From: Promethearchaeati archaeon
GTDB taxonomy: Archaea > Asgardarchaeota > Heimdallarchaeia > JABLTI01
DNA length: 17,901 nucleotides
Assembly: GCA_013166835.1 (NCBI GenBank)
Contig: JABLTI010000049.1
Span: 1 to 17,901, forward strand
Reading direction: 5' to 3'
Shown here: positions 1-8,461 of the stretch, one piece after another
Position numbering within the stretch: position 1 is the stretch's first letter
How the letters are laid out: every line of letters starts with the position of its first letter
The notes under the pieces: generated by a model
Told to the model about the DNA's origin: nothing
The model's database searches: none
What the model saw: the letters and a program-made list of their open reading frames with translations, nothing else
Made by a program: the position numbers and the translations under genes

Positions 1-2
1 AT

Positions 3-1028
3 TTTAGAACATTAGAAACCCAGGTATTTTCAGAATACAGAGCAGGAGAAACTAATCTAGCAGCTGCACTTGCTTTACTGCAGTTGTTTGTTATTCTAAC
101 AATAGTCCTACTATATTTGTTTTATATGCGAAGACAAACCCGTCAAGAGAAGACCATAACGACTGGAGGAGCAAAAGGAGAGCTTTTTAATTTTAGAAAA
201 ATCTTCAAAAAGAAATCACATATTCTTCTTGTTGGGATTCTCATATTTGGCTTGTTATTAGAATTAACTCCAATGATTAGTATACTTGTTAGATCATTTT
301 GGAATCCACAAACAGCTTCATTCACATTTGAGAATTTCAAAACGATCTTTACATTTCAAGTTAATAGCTATGTGGGAACGTCAATTCCAAAAACTATGCT
401 AAATACTATACTTTTCGCCTTAGGATCAACTGCAATAGCTACCCTACTTGCGGTTATTACTGTCGCAGCTTTGGGAAAACAAAGACGTAAGAAACGGTCA
501 ATTTCTTATGAGTTAATTACTTATCTTCCGATAGCAATTTCCTCTCTAACATTATCACTGGGTATTTTACAGACTTTTATTAAATCAAATTTCTTTAATA
601 GCTACCCCTGGATTTTCATAATAATCAGTCATGGTTTACTGGGTTATCCATTTGTAACTAGAGCTCTGTTGAATGGTCTAAATACTATTGATCCAGAATT
701 AATAGAATCAGCAAAAACGTTGGGAGCAAATTGGACCTATAAATTAAGAAAGATATACTTGCCACTACTATTACCATCAATAGTTGCCGGTATTGCATTT
801 GCCTTTGGTTTGAGTATTGGAGAATTCACAGTTGCAAACTTTTTCTACTTGAATAATAGCTCAATAGCAACTTTGACTGTTGCACTTTATCAATTACGAG
901 CTGTAAGACAGTTTGGCCCTTCAAATGCTGTTGGAGCACTTCTATTGCTTATATCATACGCAGCATTTTTCATACTAGAAGCATTAGGTGCTCGAGAGAA
1001 AACAGCCTCTAAAATATCTGTAATATGA
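3..1028 (+). CDS. ABC transporter permease, FbpB/ThiP-like (Fe3+/thiamine type), 5'-truncated by the window edge
   Basis: The frame is open from position 3 (FRTLETQVFSEYRAGETNLAAALALLQL...), so the TTG at 84 is internal. Multiple TM segments, EAA loop 'LIESAKTLGA', 'FGLSIGEF', 'TLTVALY'. The upstream piece resembles the end of a first permease repeat. Confidence 0.85.
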   Translation, partial: FRTLETQVFSEYRAGETNLAAALALLQLFVILTIVLLYLFYMRRQTRQEKTITTGGAKGELFNFRKIFKKKSHILLVGILIFGLLLELTPMISILVRSFWNPQTASFTFENFKTIFTFQVNSYVGTSIPKTMLNTILFALGSTAIATLLAVITVAALGKQRRKKRSISYELITYLPIAISSLTLSLGILQTFIKSNFFNSYPWIFIIISHGLLGYPFVTRALLNGLNTIDPELIESAKTLGANWTYKLRKIYLPLLLPSIVAGIAFAFGLSIGEFTVANFFYLNNSSIATLTVALYQLRAVRQFGPSNAVGALLLLISYAAFFILEALGAREKTASKISVI

Positions 1029-1029
1029 A

Positions 1030-2010
1030 TCAATAATCAAATGGAGCTTGTTTTTTCAGAACTTTCTTCTTTTCTTTGTCTCTCATTTTTTTCCGCAAAC
1101 CATATTTCCAGCCTTTTGGAATAATGAGATTAACTGCATCAGGAATGTATTGAGTTTCAATTCTGGTTGCATTTCTTGAGGGAATTTCTCCTTCAGATTC
1201 CCAAACATGAGGTTCTTCACTTTCAATAACCACGTGTTTACCTCGTAATATCTCCACTTTCTCGTTTGGGATATGCTTACCATTGATGGCTTTTAGAATT
1301 AGTTTAACAAGTCCAAAGCCTTTGAGATCCCTAGCTATGAGAATAGCGAAATCACCTCTTCTAGGATGATTTTCAGGAAGCATTTCAAAATCACTAATAC
1401 AATCAGTTAATGATACAGCAAAAGTAGAAAGATTGATTTCTCTAACAATTTTATTATCAATAGTTATTTTTGTTGGATGAGGTTTGTAACCCATTGCAAC
1501 TCTTATAGCAGCATAAGCATAACCAATTTCTCCATGAGCCCATTCAAAACGATCATATAAAGCAGCAGAGGTTTGGCCAATAAAAGCACCATTAATCATT
1601 TCAATGAAATATCTCTCAGTATCTCCTTTGATTAAACCGACTGGGAATCGTTCATGATAACCTTCCGCAACGATTTCAAAAGATCGTCTAAAATCTTTAG
1701 GAATTCCGTGTGTTTTATGTGAATCACATGCACTACCAGCAGGAATCATTCCTATCTTTAAATCTGTATTAACTGCAACATTGACTAATTCATTTAGAGT
1801 TCCATCCCCACCAATTGATATCAAAGTTTTATAGCCATTCTTCACTGCTTTTTGGCTTATTGGAATTCCATCACCAATTTTGGTTGTGAATTCATATTCA
1901 ACTTCTCCAAAAACGTCTTTTGCAGTTTTAAGAATGTCATCAACTTTCTTTGCTAATTTTTTATTATCAGCATGAGGATTAATTACAAGAAAGGGAGTAT
2001 TGTCTGCCAT
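1030..2010 (-). CDS. Diacylglycerol kinase family (YegS/DgkB-like) protein, divergent
   Basis: N-terminal 'VINPHA', ATP-binding 'IGGDGTLNE', 'IPAGSACD', C-terminal 'SEGE'. SD-like AGGAG at 2027..2023. Confidence 0.85.
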   Translation of the reverse strand: MADNTPFLVINPHADNKKLAKKVDDILKTAKDVFGEVEYEFTTKIGDGIPISQKAVKNGYKTLISIGGDGTLNELVNVAVNTDLKIGMIPAGSACDSHKTHGIPKDFRRSFEIVAEGYHERFPVGLIKGDTERYFIEMINGAFIGQTSAALYDRFEWAHGEIGYAYAAIRVAMGYKPHPTKITIDNKIVREINLSTFAVSLTDCISDFEMLPENHPRRGDFAILIARDLKGFGLVKLILKAINGKHIPNEKVEILRGKHVVIESEEPHVWESEGEIPSRNATRIETQYIPDAVNLIIPKGWKYGLRKKMRDKEKKKVLKKQAPFDY

Positions 2011-2115
2011 TTTATATTCTAGCTCCTGAAATCAACGAATTATATTTCCATTATTACTCAAATTTATAATTGTGTCGCTTTGCTTTAAAAGTAACAAAAA
2101 AGTTTTTTTCTTGCT

Positions 2116-3456
2116 CTAAAATTTAAATTCTCTATGGATTCGTAGTAACTTTCCTGATTTAGGATTTCTTTTTGGTTGTTCAAATTTTATTTCTATTGTT
2201 GGCACCTGACAGTTGTAGGAAGAAAAGACATTCTGTACGTTTTTTCGAAGATTATCTGTTAGTTCTTCTCTATTGATCTTTTTTGTTTTAATTTGTATTC
2301 GAAGTAAAACTTTGTTGAAACTTTTTTGAATTGCTTGATACTCATCGATTTCATCTGAACTTAAAATTATTGCTCTACGAATATAATCAGGATAAATAAA
2401 CTGTAATTCTTCAGTATCTTTTCTGTATGCCCAAAAAAGGTCATCTGATCGACCCATTATTTGTTCTATTACCCGAAATGAGGAACCACATTTGCAATTA
2501 TTTGGGGATATTGTAATAATATCGTTCAACTCAAATCTAATTATCGGTTGTGATTTCTTATGGAGATCTGTTACAATCATTTGATAGCATGGTTCTCCAG
2601 GTTGAGTCGGATTTCCTTTGGAATCAAAGGTTTGTACGAAAATAAGATCTTCATTTATATGTAATGACCCATGTTTGCAGGTTAAAGCAATGGATCCTTC
2701 ACTCCCTTGATATATTTGATGTACAGGAGTTTTGAAAACGTCTTCTATCTCTTCTTTTATATTTGGATCAAGTACTTCTGCATATGAAACCAATCTTTTT
2801 GGTTTGATACTCAATCGTTTTTCCTTTACTTCTTGTGCGAGAATCTTTAGCATTGATGGAGGTGCTGAGAGAATGTTTGGTTGGAATTTCTGCAGTTTAT
2901 TTCTGATTTCTTCGAGTGGATGAAGGAGACTAACATGTGTTAACCGTTGCCCAAATTTACTAACTTGAAAAGCAGGAGTAGTGACTCGTAAAAGAAAAGC
3001 CCACTTTATTCTTAATATTCTAGGGAAACTGAAACGAGCGAAAAATGTTGCCTGTAAATACTTCTCCTCTGCAGGACTTGTTATTACGACACCTTTACTG
3101 CCACTTGTACCTGATGACATAGCAACATTATATCCATGAAACCTATCACTGTAGTTCTTCTCTCGTTCTATTTTATCTAAGAAACTTACTAGATCTTCTT
3201 TTGTTAAACCAATTGTATTGTAATCAGTCAAATTGTCCATCATAATTTTCTTATTAACAGTTGGGAGAGTCCATACTTTTTCTATATCGTAATTAGAATA
3301 ATGTCTTTTGAAAAAGGGTGATTTTTTGATTGCAAATTTTACGATTTCTTGTCCGTTTTTTAACTGATATTCTTGCAATTGAGCAATAGTCATTCGTTTA
3401 AAACGTCTTTTGCAAGAAAGAAAAAAACGTAAGAAGGAATCAGTTTCTGGAGTCAT
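2116..3456 (-). CDS. Adenylate-forming enzyme, phenylacetate-CoA ligase / F390 synthetase-related family
   Basis: P-loop 'MSSGTSGSKG', 'SYAEVL', 'QIYQGSEG', 'LHINED', 'PIIRFELND', 'CKCGS', 'GRSDD', C-terminal 'SGKL'. ATG directly abuts the coaBC stop. Confidence 0.85.
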   Translation of the reverse strand: MTPETDSFLRFFLSCKRRFKRMTIAQLQEYQLKNGQEIVKFAIKKSPFFKRHYSNYDIEKVWTLPTVNKKIMMDNLTDYNTIGLTKEDLVSFLDKIEREKNYSDRFHGYNVAMSSGTSGSKGVVITSPAEEKYLQATFFARFSFPRILRIKWAFLLRVTTPAFQVSKFGQRLTHVSLLHPLEEIRNKLQKFQPNILSAPPSMLKILAQEVKEKRLSIKPKRLVSYAEVLDPNIKEEIEDVFKTPVHQIYQGSEGSIALTCKHGSLHINEDLIFVQTFDSKGNPTQPGEPCYQMIVTDLHKKSQPIIRFELNDIITISPNNCKCGSSFRVIEQIMGRSDDLFWAYRKDTEELQFIYPDYIRRAIILSSDEIDEYQAIQKSFNKVLLRIQIKTKKINREELTDNLRKNVQNVFSSYNCQVPTIEIKFEQPKRNPKSGKLLRIHREFKF

Positions 3457-4704
3457 TTAAATCAAAACAACTATCTCATCAATAATTTTCTTAGCAATTA
3501 TTCTTTTTGAAGTTAAAGGTAGTTTTCTTGGTTTGCCTTTTTTTGATACTAAAATAACCTCATTTGTTGTACTTGCAAATCCTTGATCCGGTTTATCTAG
3601 AAAATTTGCTACCACTAATTCTATTTGATAATTTTCTAAGCTCTTCTGCGCCTTTTCAATTAATTCGTTTTTTGTAGCATCTACTTCAGCTTTAAAACCA
3701 ACAATTCTAGCTTTAGGAAACTTCTGCTTAACATATTCAATTATCTTCGGTGTTGGTTTTAATTTCAGAACAAGAGACTCTTGTTTTGATGGAATTTTTC
3801 CTTTTTGTTTTTCAGGTTGATAATCGCCAATAGCTGCAGCAGATATGAAAACATCAATCTTCTTTTGTTTCTCAATTACTTTCTTAATATCTTGTGGAGT
3901 TTCAATTACTTCAATCTTAATATTTGAATTATAAACAGGTAGGTTTGTTGGACCTAAAATTAGTGTCACATCAGCTCCTCTATTCACTGCTTCCAAGGCT
4001 ATTTCTATTCCCATTTTCCCGGTACTTGGATTACTAATGTATCGAACATCATCCAACCAAATTCTTGTTGGTCCCGCGGTTACTACCACTTTTTTTTTTG
4101 CTAAATCATTAACTGTAAGAATTCCAATAATCGTCTCAAGAATTTCTTCATTCTTAGCAATTTTTGCTTTCCCTTCTTCTATTCTTGGACCGATAAAAGT
4201 AACTCCAGCTTCTTTTAATTGTTTAATATTTTTAACTACCATAGGATTATCATACATTGTTCCATGCATCGCTGGAACAATAGCAATGGGTATTCCTGTG
4301 CCAAAAGCAGTTGTTGCGAAAGTTGTCACTGGGGTATCATCAATTCCTTGGGCTATTTTTCCTATTGTATTTGCTGTTGAGGGAGCAATTAGTAGAAGAT
4401 CAGCTTTATCTGGGTGTTGACCACACAAATGAACGTGTTCAATTTGACCAGTAAGCTTCGTTATAACGGGATTCCCAACTGCCCATTCAACCAAATCAGG
4501 TTGGATTAATTCCATTGCAGCGGAAGACATTACCACAAAAATCTCAGCATCATTTCTCATTAATAATCGTGCTAAGTTTACTATTTCTAATACTGCCACA
4601 CTTCCAGTCATTCCAATTACGATTCGTTTACCTGCAAGTAAATCGGATTTTGAACCTGTAATCTCTAGAATTGAGGAATGTTTAGAAGGTTTGTATCTTG
4701 ACAT
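3457..4704 (-). CDS. coaBC: Bifunctional phosphopantothenoylcysteine decarboxylase / phosphopantothenate-cysteine ligase
   Basis: 'GMTGSVA', 'IEHV', 'APSTANTIGKIAQGIDD', 'PAMHGTM', 'TAGPT...DDVRYISNPSTGKMG', 'AAAIGDY', 'VGFKAE', 'VVAN'. Confidence 0.96.
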   Translation of the reverse strand: MSRYKPSKHSSILEITGSKSDLLAGKRIVIGMTGSVAVLEIVNLARLLMRNDAEIFVVMSSAAMELIQPDLVEWAVGNPVITKLTGQIEHVHLCGQHPDKADLLLIAPSTANTIGKIAQGIDDTPVTTFATTAFGTGIPIAIVPAMHGTMYDNPMVVKNIKQLKEAGVTFIGPRIEEGKAKIAKNEEILETIIGILTVNDLAKKKVVVTAGPTRIWLDDVRYISNPSTGKMGIEIALEAVNRGADVTLILGPTNLPVYNSNIKIEVIETPQDIKKVIEKQKKIDVFISAAAIGDYQPEKQKGKIPSKQESLVLKLKPTPKIIEYVKQKFPKARIVGFKAEVDATKNELIEKAQKSLENYQIELVVANFLDKPDQGFASTTNEVILVSKKGKPRKLPLTSKRIIAKKIIDEIVVLI

Positions 4705-4706
4705 TT

Positions 4707-5882
4707 TTACATCTCCTTATTTAAAATAGTTTCAAGGTCGTTTATGAATTTATCAATTACTTCTTTTGTTACATGAGGCATAACTACTATTCGTGTCCAA
4801 TTTGAATAGATGGATAGATGCCATCCCTTCTGCAATAATTCTTTCACCAAATCTTCATTAGTCATTTGACTGCAGGTAAAACCTATGATATTGAGAGAGG
4901 GTTCAAATGCAATTTCTATTTTGGTGATCTCTTTCAATTTTTGAGTGAGATACTTTGTTACCTCGAATGATTCTTTTACTCGCTCAAGAATATAAGATTC
5001 TCCTAATTTTTTCAATAATACCCATGTAGCAATTACTGATGTTCCAGGTCTTGTTCCTGTTATTGTTAATTGCTTCGTGCTAGAATCAGATAAGTAAGTG
5101 ATGCTTTTGACAATTGTTTTTGTTATTTCTTCAGATCGAAAGATAATTGAACCACCCGGAATTAGACTACCAAGTATTTTGTGAGTATCAATTGTTACGC
5201 TTTTTACTCCAGGATTCTCAAATCCATAAATTGGTACATCATAACCCAGCTTCTTTAAATATGGATAGATTGTCCCTCCATGAGCTGCATCAACATGTAA
5301 ATAGAGATTCTTATCTACAGCTAAATCACTTAGAGCATTAATATCATCACAAACACCAGTACCTGTTGCACCAGCAATTCCAACTATCCCTACTGTTCTA
5401 TAATCAATTGCTTCTTTCACTGCTTCTATGTCTACTTGGAAATTATCATTTAGTGGAATCCATTCTGATTCCAAATTTAATAAATCTGCAGCTTTTTCAA
5501 AAGAAACATGAGCAGATTCCGGAAAAATTATTTTACCCTTTTCAATTCCCCTGTTAACTTTACTCCAGTTTCTAGCAGCCCAGCAACCAATTAGATTTGA
5601 TTCACTCCCACCAGAAGTTATTGCACCTGTCCAACTACTTGGAGCATGGAGCAAATCAGCTAAATGTGCTAAAACATCATTTTCTAGTTTTACGGTTCTA
5701 GGAAATAGACCTGGATCCCCCAAATTAATGGCTGCGAAAATCTTGGCAATTTTCCGAGCAATTTTTGGTGGTGGAGAACACATTGAACTTAATACTTGGT
5801 TATAGGAATCCTCATCCTCAAGAAAAACCATTAATTCATCTATAATTTTATTGAATGCTTTTTCTCCTTCTAAATAACTCAT
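4707..5882 (-). CDS. mfnA: Group II PLP-dependent decarboxylase, MfnA type (L-aspartate/L-tyrosine decarboxylase); context favours beta-alanine supply
   Basis: 'NLGDPGLFP', 'SGGSESN', 'AHVSFEKAA', 'HVDAAHGG', PLP lysine in 'TIDTHK', 'TGTRPG', 'RIVVMPH'. Start set at ATG 5882 because GGAGTGA (5894..5888) precedes it as an SD. Confidence 0.88.
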   Translation of the reverse strand: MSYLEGEKAFNKIIDELMVFLEDEDSYNQVLSSMCSPPPKIARKIAKIFAAINLGDPGLFPRTVKLENDVLAHLADLLHAPSSWTGAITSGGSESNLIGCWAARNWSKVNRGIEKGKIIFPESAHVSFEKAADLLNLESEWIPLNDNFQVDIEAVKEAIDYRTVGIVGIAGATGTGVCDDINALSDLAVDKNLYLHVDAAHGGTIYPYLKKLGYDVPIYGFENPGVKSVTIDTHKILGSLIPGGSIIFRSEEITKTIVKSITYLSDSSTKQLTITGTRPGTSVIATWVLLKKLGESYILERVKESFEVTKYLTQKLKEITKIEIAFEPSLNIIGFTCSQMTNEDLVKELLQKGWHLSIYSNWTRIVVMPHVTKEVIDKFINDLETILNKEM

Positions 5883-5904
5883 TATGATCACTCCGAGACT
5901 AACA

Positions 5905-6840
5905 TTATGCGAGAAACGATTTCTCTAGGGTTAAAATTTTACTGTAAATCTCTTGATTATTTGATACTGTAATTCCTTCTTCTAATCCTAAGGATATTAT
6001 TTTTCCATTCAGAAAATCAATTTCAGTTTTTCTTTTATTCAAAATATCAGTTAGCATTGAGCTTGTATTCTCCCCAGTTCTCTTGATTATATCAAAAGTC
6101 ATTTTGATAGGATCATCTGTTAATAATTTTATTTTCAGGGCTTTAGTTACAGCCCATGCCTCTTCAGCTAAGGTTGTGGCTTGATTCCTTAAAGTTATTT
6201 GATCGTAAATTTCTTTGTTTTTCACTTGATGTATGGCTGTTAGTGGATTTAATGCGCAATTAACAATTGTTTTTGTGAAAACAGCTCCTTGTATATTAGA
6301 TTCAATAAATGCGTCAATATCTGATTTTCTCATTATTTCTACAATTTTTCTTGCTTTTTGATCTTCAGCAGTAGATTGATATCCTATGTAGGTTTTTCCT
6401 TCCCCTGTGAAGTCAACAACTCCTGGTTCAGGTTTACAAACCCCTATTGTTGTTATTCCTCTTAAAACAGTGTTTTCGGGAAATACTTTTCTTAGAATAT
6501 CTTCTGTTCCAATTCCATTTTGAATTGAAATTAAAACTGTTTCAGAATTTACTATAGATAGAATTTGTTTTGCAGCAGTTTCAGTTTGATGTGCTTTTGT
6601 TGTGAAAAAAATATAATCGATTTTTTGTTCGGATTTTGTGAGAATTTCTTTAGCTTGAGGGATTGTATCAACCGATTTTACAGATACTATCCGATTAATC
6701 AAGCCTTTAATTTTGAGACCAGATTCATTGATCTTGTCTACATGTGATTTTCTACCAACTAATAGAACATCGAATTTTTCAGAAGCTATTAAACCTCCAA
6801 ATAGGCTACCAACACTTCCACTCCCCATTACAATAATCAT
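5905..6840 (-). CDS. panE: 2-dehydropantoate 2-reductase (ketopantoate reductase)
   Basis: Rossmann 'GSGSVGSLFG', 'TKAHQ', 'IQNGIG', catalytic 'KTIVNCALNPLTA', 'SSMLTD...KTEIDFLNG'. Start set at ATG 6840 after SD GAGGGGTGA overlapping the panB stop (track start 6855). Confidence 0.93.
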   Translation of the reverse strand: MIIVMGSGSVGSLFGGLIASEKFDVLLVGRKSHVDKINESGLKIKGLINRIVSVKSVDTIPQAKEILTKSEQKIDYIFFTTKAHQTETAAKQILSIVNSETVLISIQNGIGTEDILRKVFPENTVLRGITTIGVCKPEPGVVDFTGEGKTYIGYQSTAEDQKARKIVEIMRKSDIDAFIESNIQGAVFTKTIVNCALNPLTAIHQVKNKEIYDQITLRNQATTLAEEAWAVTKALKIKLLTDDPIKMTFDIIKRTGENTSSMLTDILNKRKTEIDFLNGKIISLGLEEGITVSNNQEIYSKILTLEKSFLA

Positions 6841-6844
6841 GATT

Positions 6845-7660
6845 TCACCCCTCATAGGAGTACTCTAGAGAGGGGTATGTTCCATCTTCAACTTCTTCTG
6901 CGTATTTCTTTGTAGCTTTAATTATTTCCTCTCGAAGATTAGCATAAGTTTTTACAAATTTTGGTCTGCGTCCAATTGTACAACCAAGCATATCATAACA
7001 AACTAAAACTTGCCCATCGCAATGTGGTCCAGCACCTATTCCTATTGTTGGAATTTTGATTGCTTCAGTTATTTTCTTTGAAACCTTATGTGGGATTGCT
7101 TCTAAAATTATTGAGAAGCATCCAGCCTCTTCTAATCGCTTTGCAGATTGAATGAGTTCTTCTTCTGTGAAATAGGATTCTGGTTTTCCTTGTACTTTGT
7201 ATCCACCCAGCTTATAAGCAGATTGAGGGATTAAACCAATATGTCCTTGGACAGGAATTCCAATATCAACTATTGCTTTGATTTCTTTTATCCTCGTTTC
7301 ACTAGCTCCCTCCAATTTTACAGCTTCTGCGTGCCCTTGTTTTATAAGTTTCCCAGCATTAGCTACTGTTTCATCTATAGTTAAGCCATAGCTTAAGAAA
7401 GGCATGTCACCAATAACTAGACTGTAATTTTTTGCACCTCTAGTTACTGCTTGACAATGGCGAATGGACATATCCAAAGTAACTTCTAAAGTTGTTTCTG
7501 CCCCATATACTGTTTGACCCATTGTATCTCCAACTAAGAGGATGTCAATTTTCGCTTCATCAAAAATAGTTGCCAAGCTAAAATCATATGCAGTTAACAT
7601 AGTGATTTTTTTGCCCGTCTTCTTCATTTTCTGAATATCAAATGCTGTTAGTTTTGGCAT
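6845..7660 (-). CDS. panB: 3-methyl-2-oxobutanoate hydroxymethyltransferase
   Basis: 'MLTAYD', 'LLVGDT', 'GDMPFLSY', 'AVKLEG', 'GHIGLIPQS', 'LEAIP', 'TIGIGAGPHCDGQVLV', 'PKFVKTY'. Confidence 0.97.
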   Translation of the reverse strand: MPKLTAFDIQKMKKTGKKITMLTAYDFSLATIFDEAKIDILLVGDTMGQTVYGAETTLEVTLDMSIRHCQAVTRGAKNYSLVIGDMPFLSYGLTIDETVANAGKLIKQGHAEAVKLEGASETRIKEIKAIVDIGIPVQGHIGLIPQSAYKLGGYKVQGKPESYFTEEELIQSAKRLEEAGCFSIILEAIPHKVSKKITEAIKIPTIGIGAGPHCDGQVLVCYDMLGCTIGRRPKFVKTYANLREEIIKATKKYAEEVEDGTYPSLEYSYEG

Positions 7661-7662
7661 AT

Positions 7663-8442
7663 TTATCCTTCCTTTAGTTGCTGTTTAGATAGCTCAAGTA
7701 ATCTGGAGGACATGAATTTAACGCTTTCTTGTAGCATGTAATTATTATCATAACTCTTTATTATTGAAGCTAATTTTTCTTTGGCATGTTTTTTTAATTT
7801 ATCTGCTAGCTCAACCATTTCTTGCGTTGCTCTTCTTACATGATTTACTATTGTTATATCACTCCAAACAGAAGTTCTTGACAGTGGGTTCAAATCAACA
7901 CAGATAACAGTTTTACCCATTTTTTTCAGAGCCATTGTTCTATCTCCATCTTCGAGTGGAACAAAGACTACATCTGCAACAAAGATTCCATCAGGATCTA
8001 CTATTCTTCGTTTATGAGTTATTTCAGGTATTGTCTCTGCTTTTTTCCCTAGATTTACTCCTAGGACTTTTTTTGCACCAGCATTTTTTAGAACAGTTTC
8101 TATATTTGTCTCTCGCTCTTTTGTACGGTAAAAAAGATTCACTTCCAATTTTGCGTTGGTTTTTTTGGCAAGTTCAACTAATTCCTTTGGACAAATAACT
8201 GCCACATTACCATTAATAGATATCACTGGATGTTTTGCCAATAACAAAGCAGCTACTGCAGCTTCTTCTTGAATCAAAGCATACTCGGGAGTTTTCTCTC
8301 CTAACAGATAATCAAAAGCTTCTCCTCTACCATGAGCAATTAAACCCGCTTCAGCAACAATTTTTTGATGCATCCCTTCAATGATTTCATGTCTTTCCTT
8401 CAAAGAAAGATAGCGAGGGTGATCGGGTGGTATTTCAGACAT
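7663..8442 (-). CDS. pps: Archaeal 4-phosphopantoate--beta-alanine ligase (phosphopantothenate synthetase)
   Basis: 'IPPDHPRYLSL', 'GLIAHGRGEAFDYLLGE', 'VISINGN', 'EVNLFYRT', 'VPLEDGDRT', 'DLNPLSRT'. Confidence 0.95.
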   Translation of the reverse strand: MSEIPPDHPRYLSLKERHEIIEGMHQKIVAEAGLIAHGRGEAFDYLLGEKTPEYALIQEEAAVAALLLAKHPVISINGNVAVICPKELVELAKKTNAKLEVNLFYRTKERETNIETVLKNAGAKKVLGVNLGKKAETIPEITHKRRIVDPDGIFVADVVFVPLEDGDRTMALKKMGKTVICVDLNPLSRTSVWSDITIVNHVRRATQEMVELADKLKKHAKEKLASIIKSYDNNYMLQESVKFMSSRLLELSKQQLKEG

Positions 8443-8461
8443 GGAATTACACCATTATTTT

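Noticed and set aside
3-1028. ABC permease as a pantothenate/pantoate importer linked to the CoA operon
   Set aside because: It is convergent with the cluster, the binding protein is outside the window, and the sequence fits the generic Fe3+/thiamine permease type. There is no support for this substrate.
2011-2115. Assuming the DAGK gene is certainly co-transcribed with the CoA operon
   Set aside because: The 105-nt gap has minus-strand oligo-T tracts (possible terminator), a TTATAAA box (~2069-2063) and its own SD, so independent transcription is at least as likely.
4090-4099. Long T homopolymer in coaBC as a frameshift or phase-variation site
   Set aside because: It encodes a Lys run (AKKK) in an intact reading frame, which is expected in an AT-rich genome.
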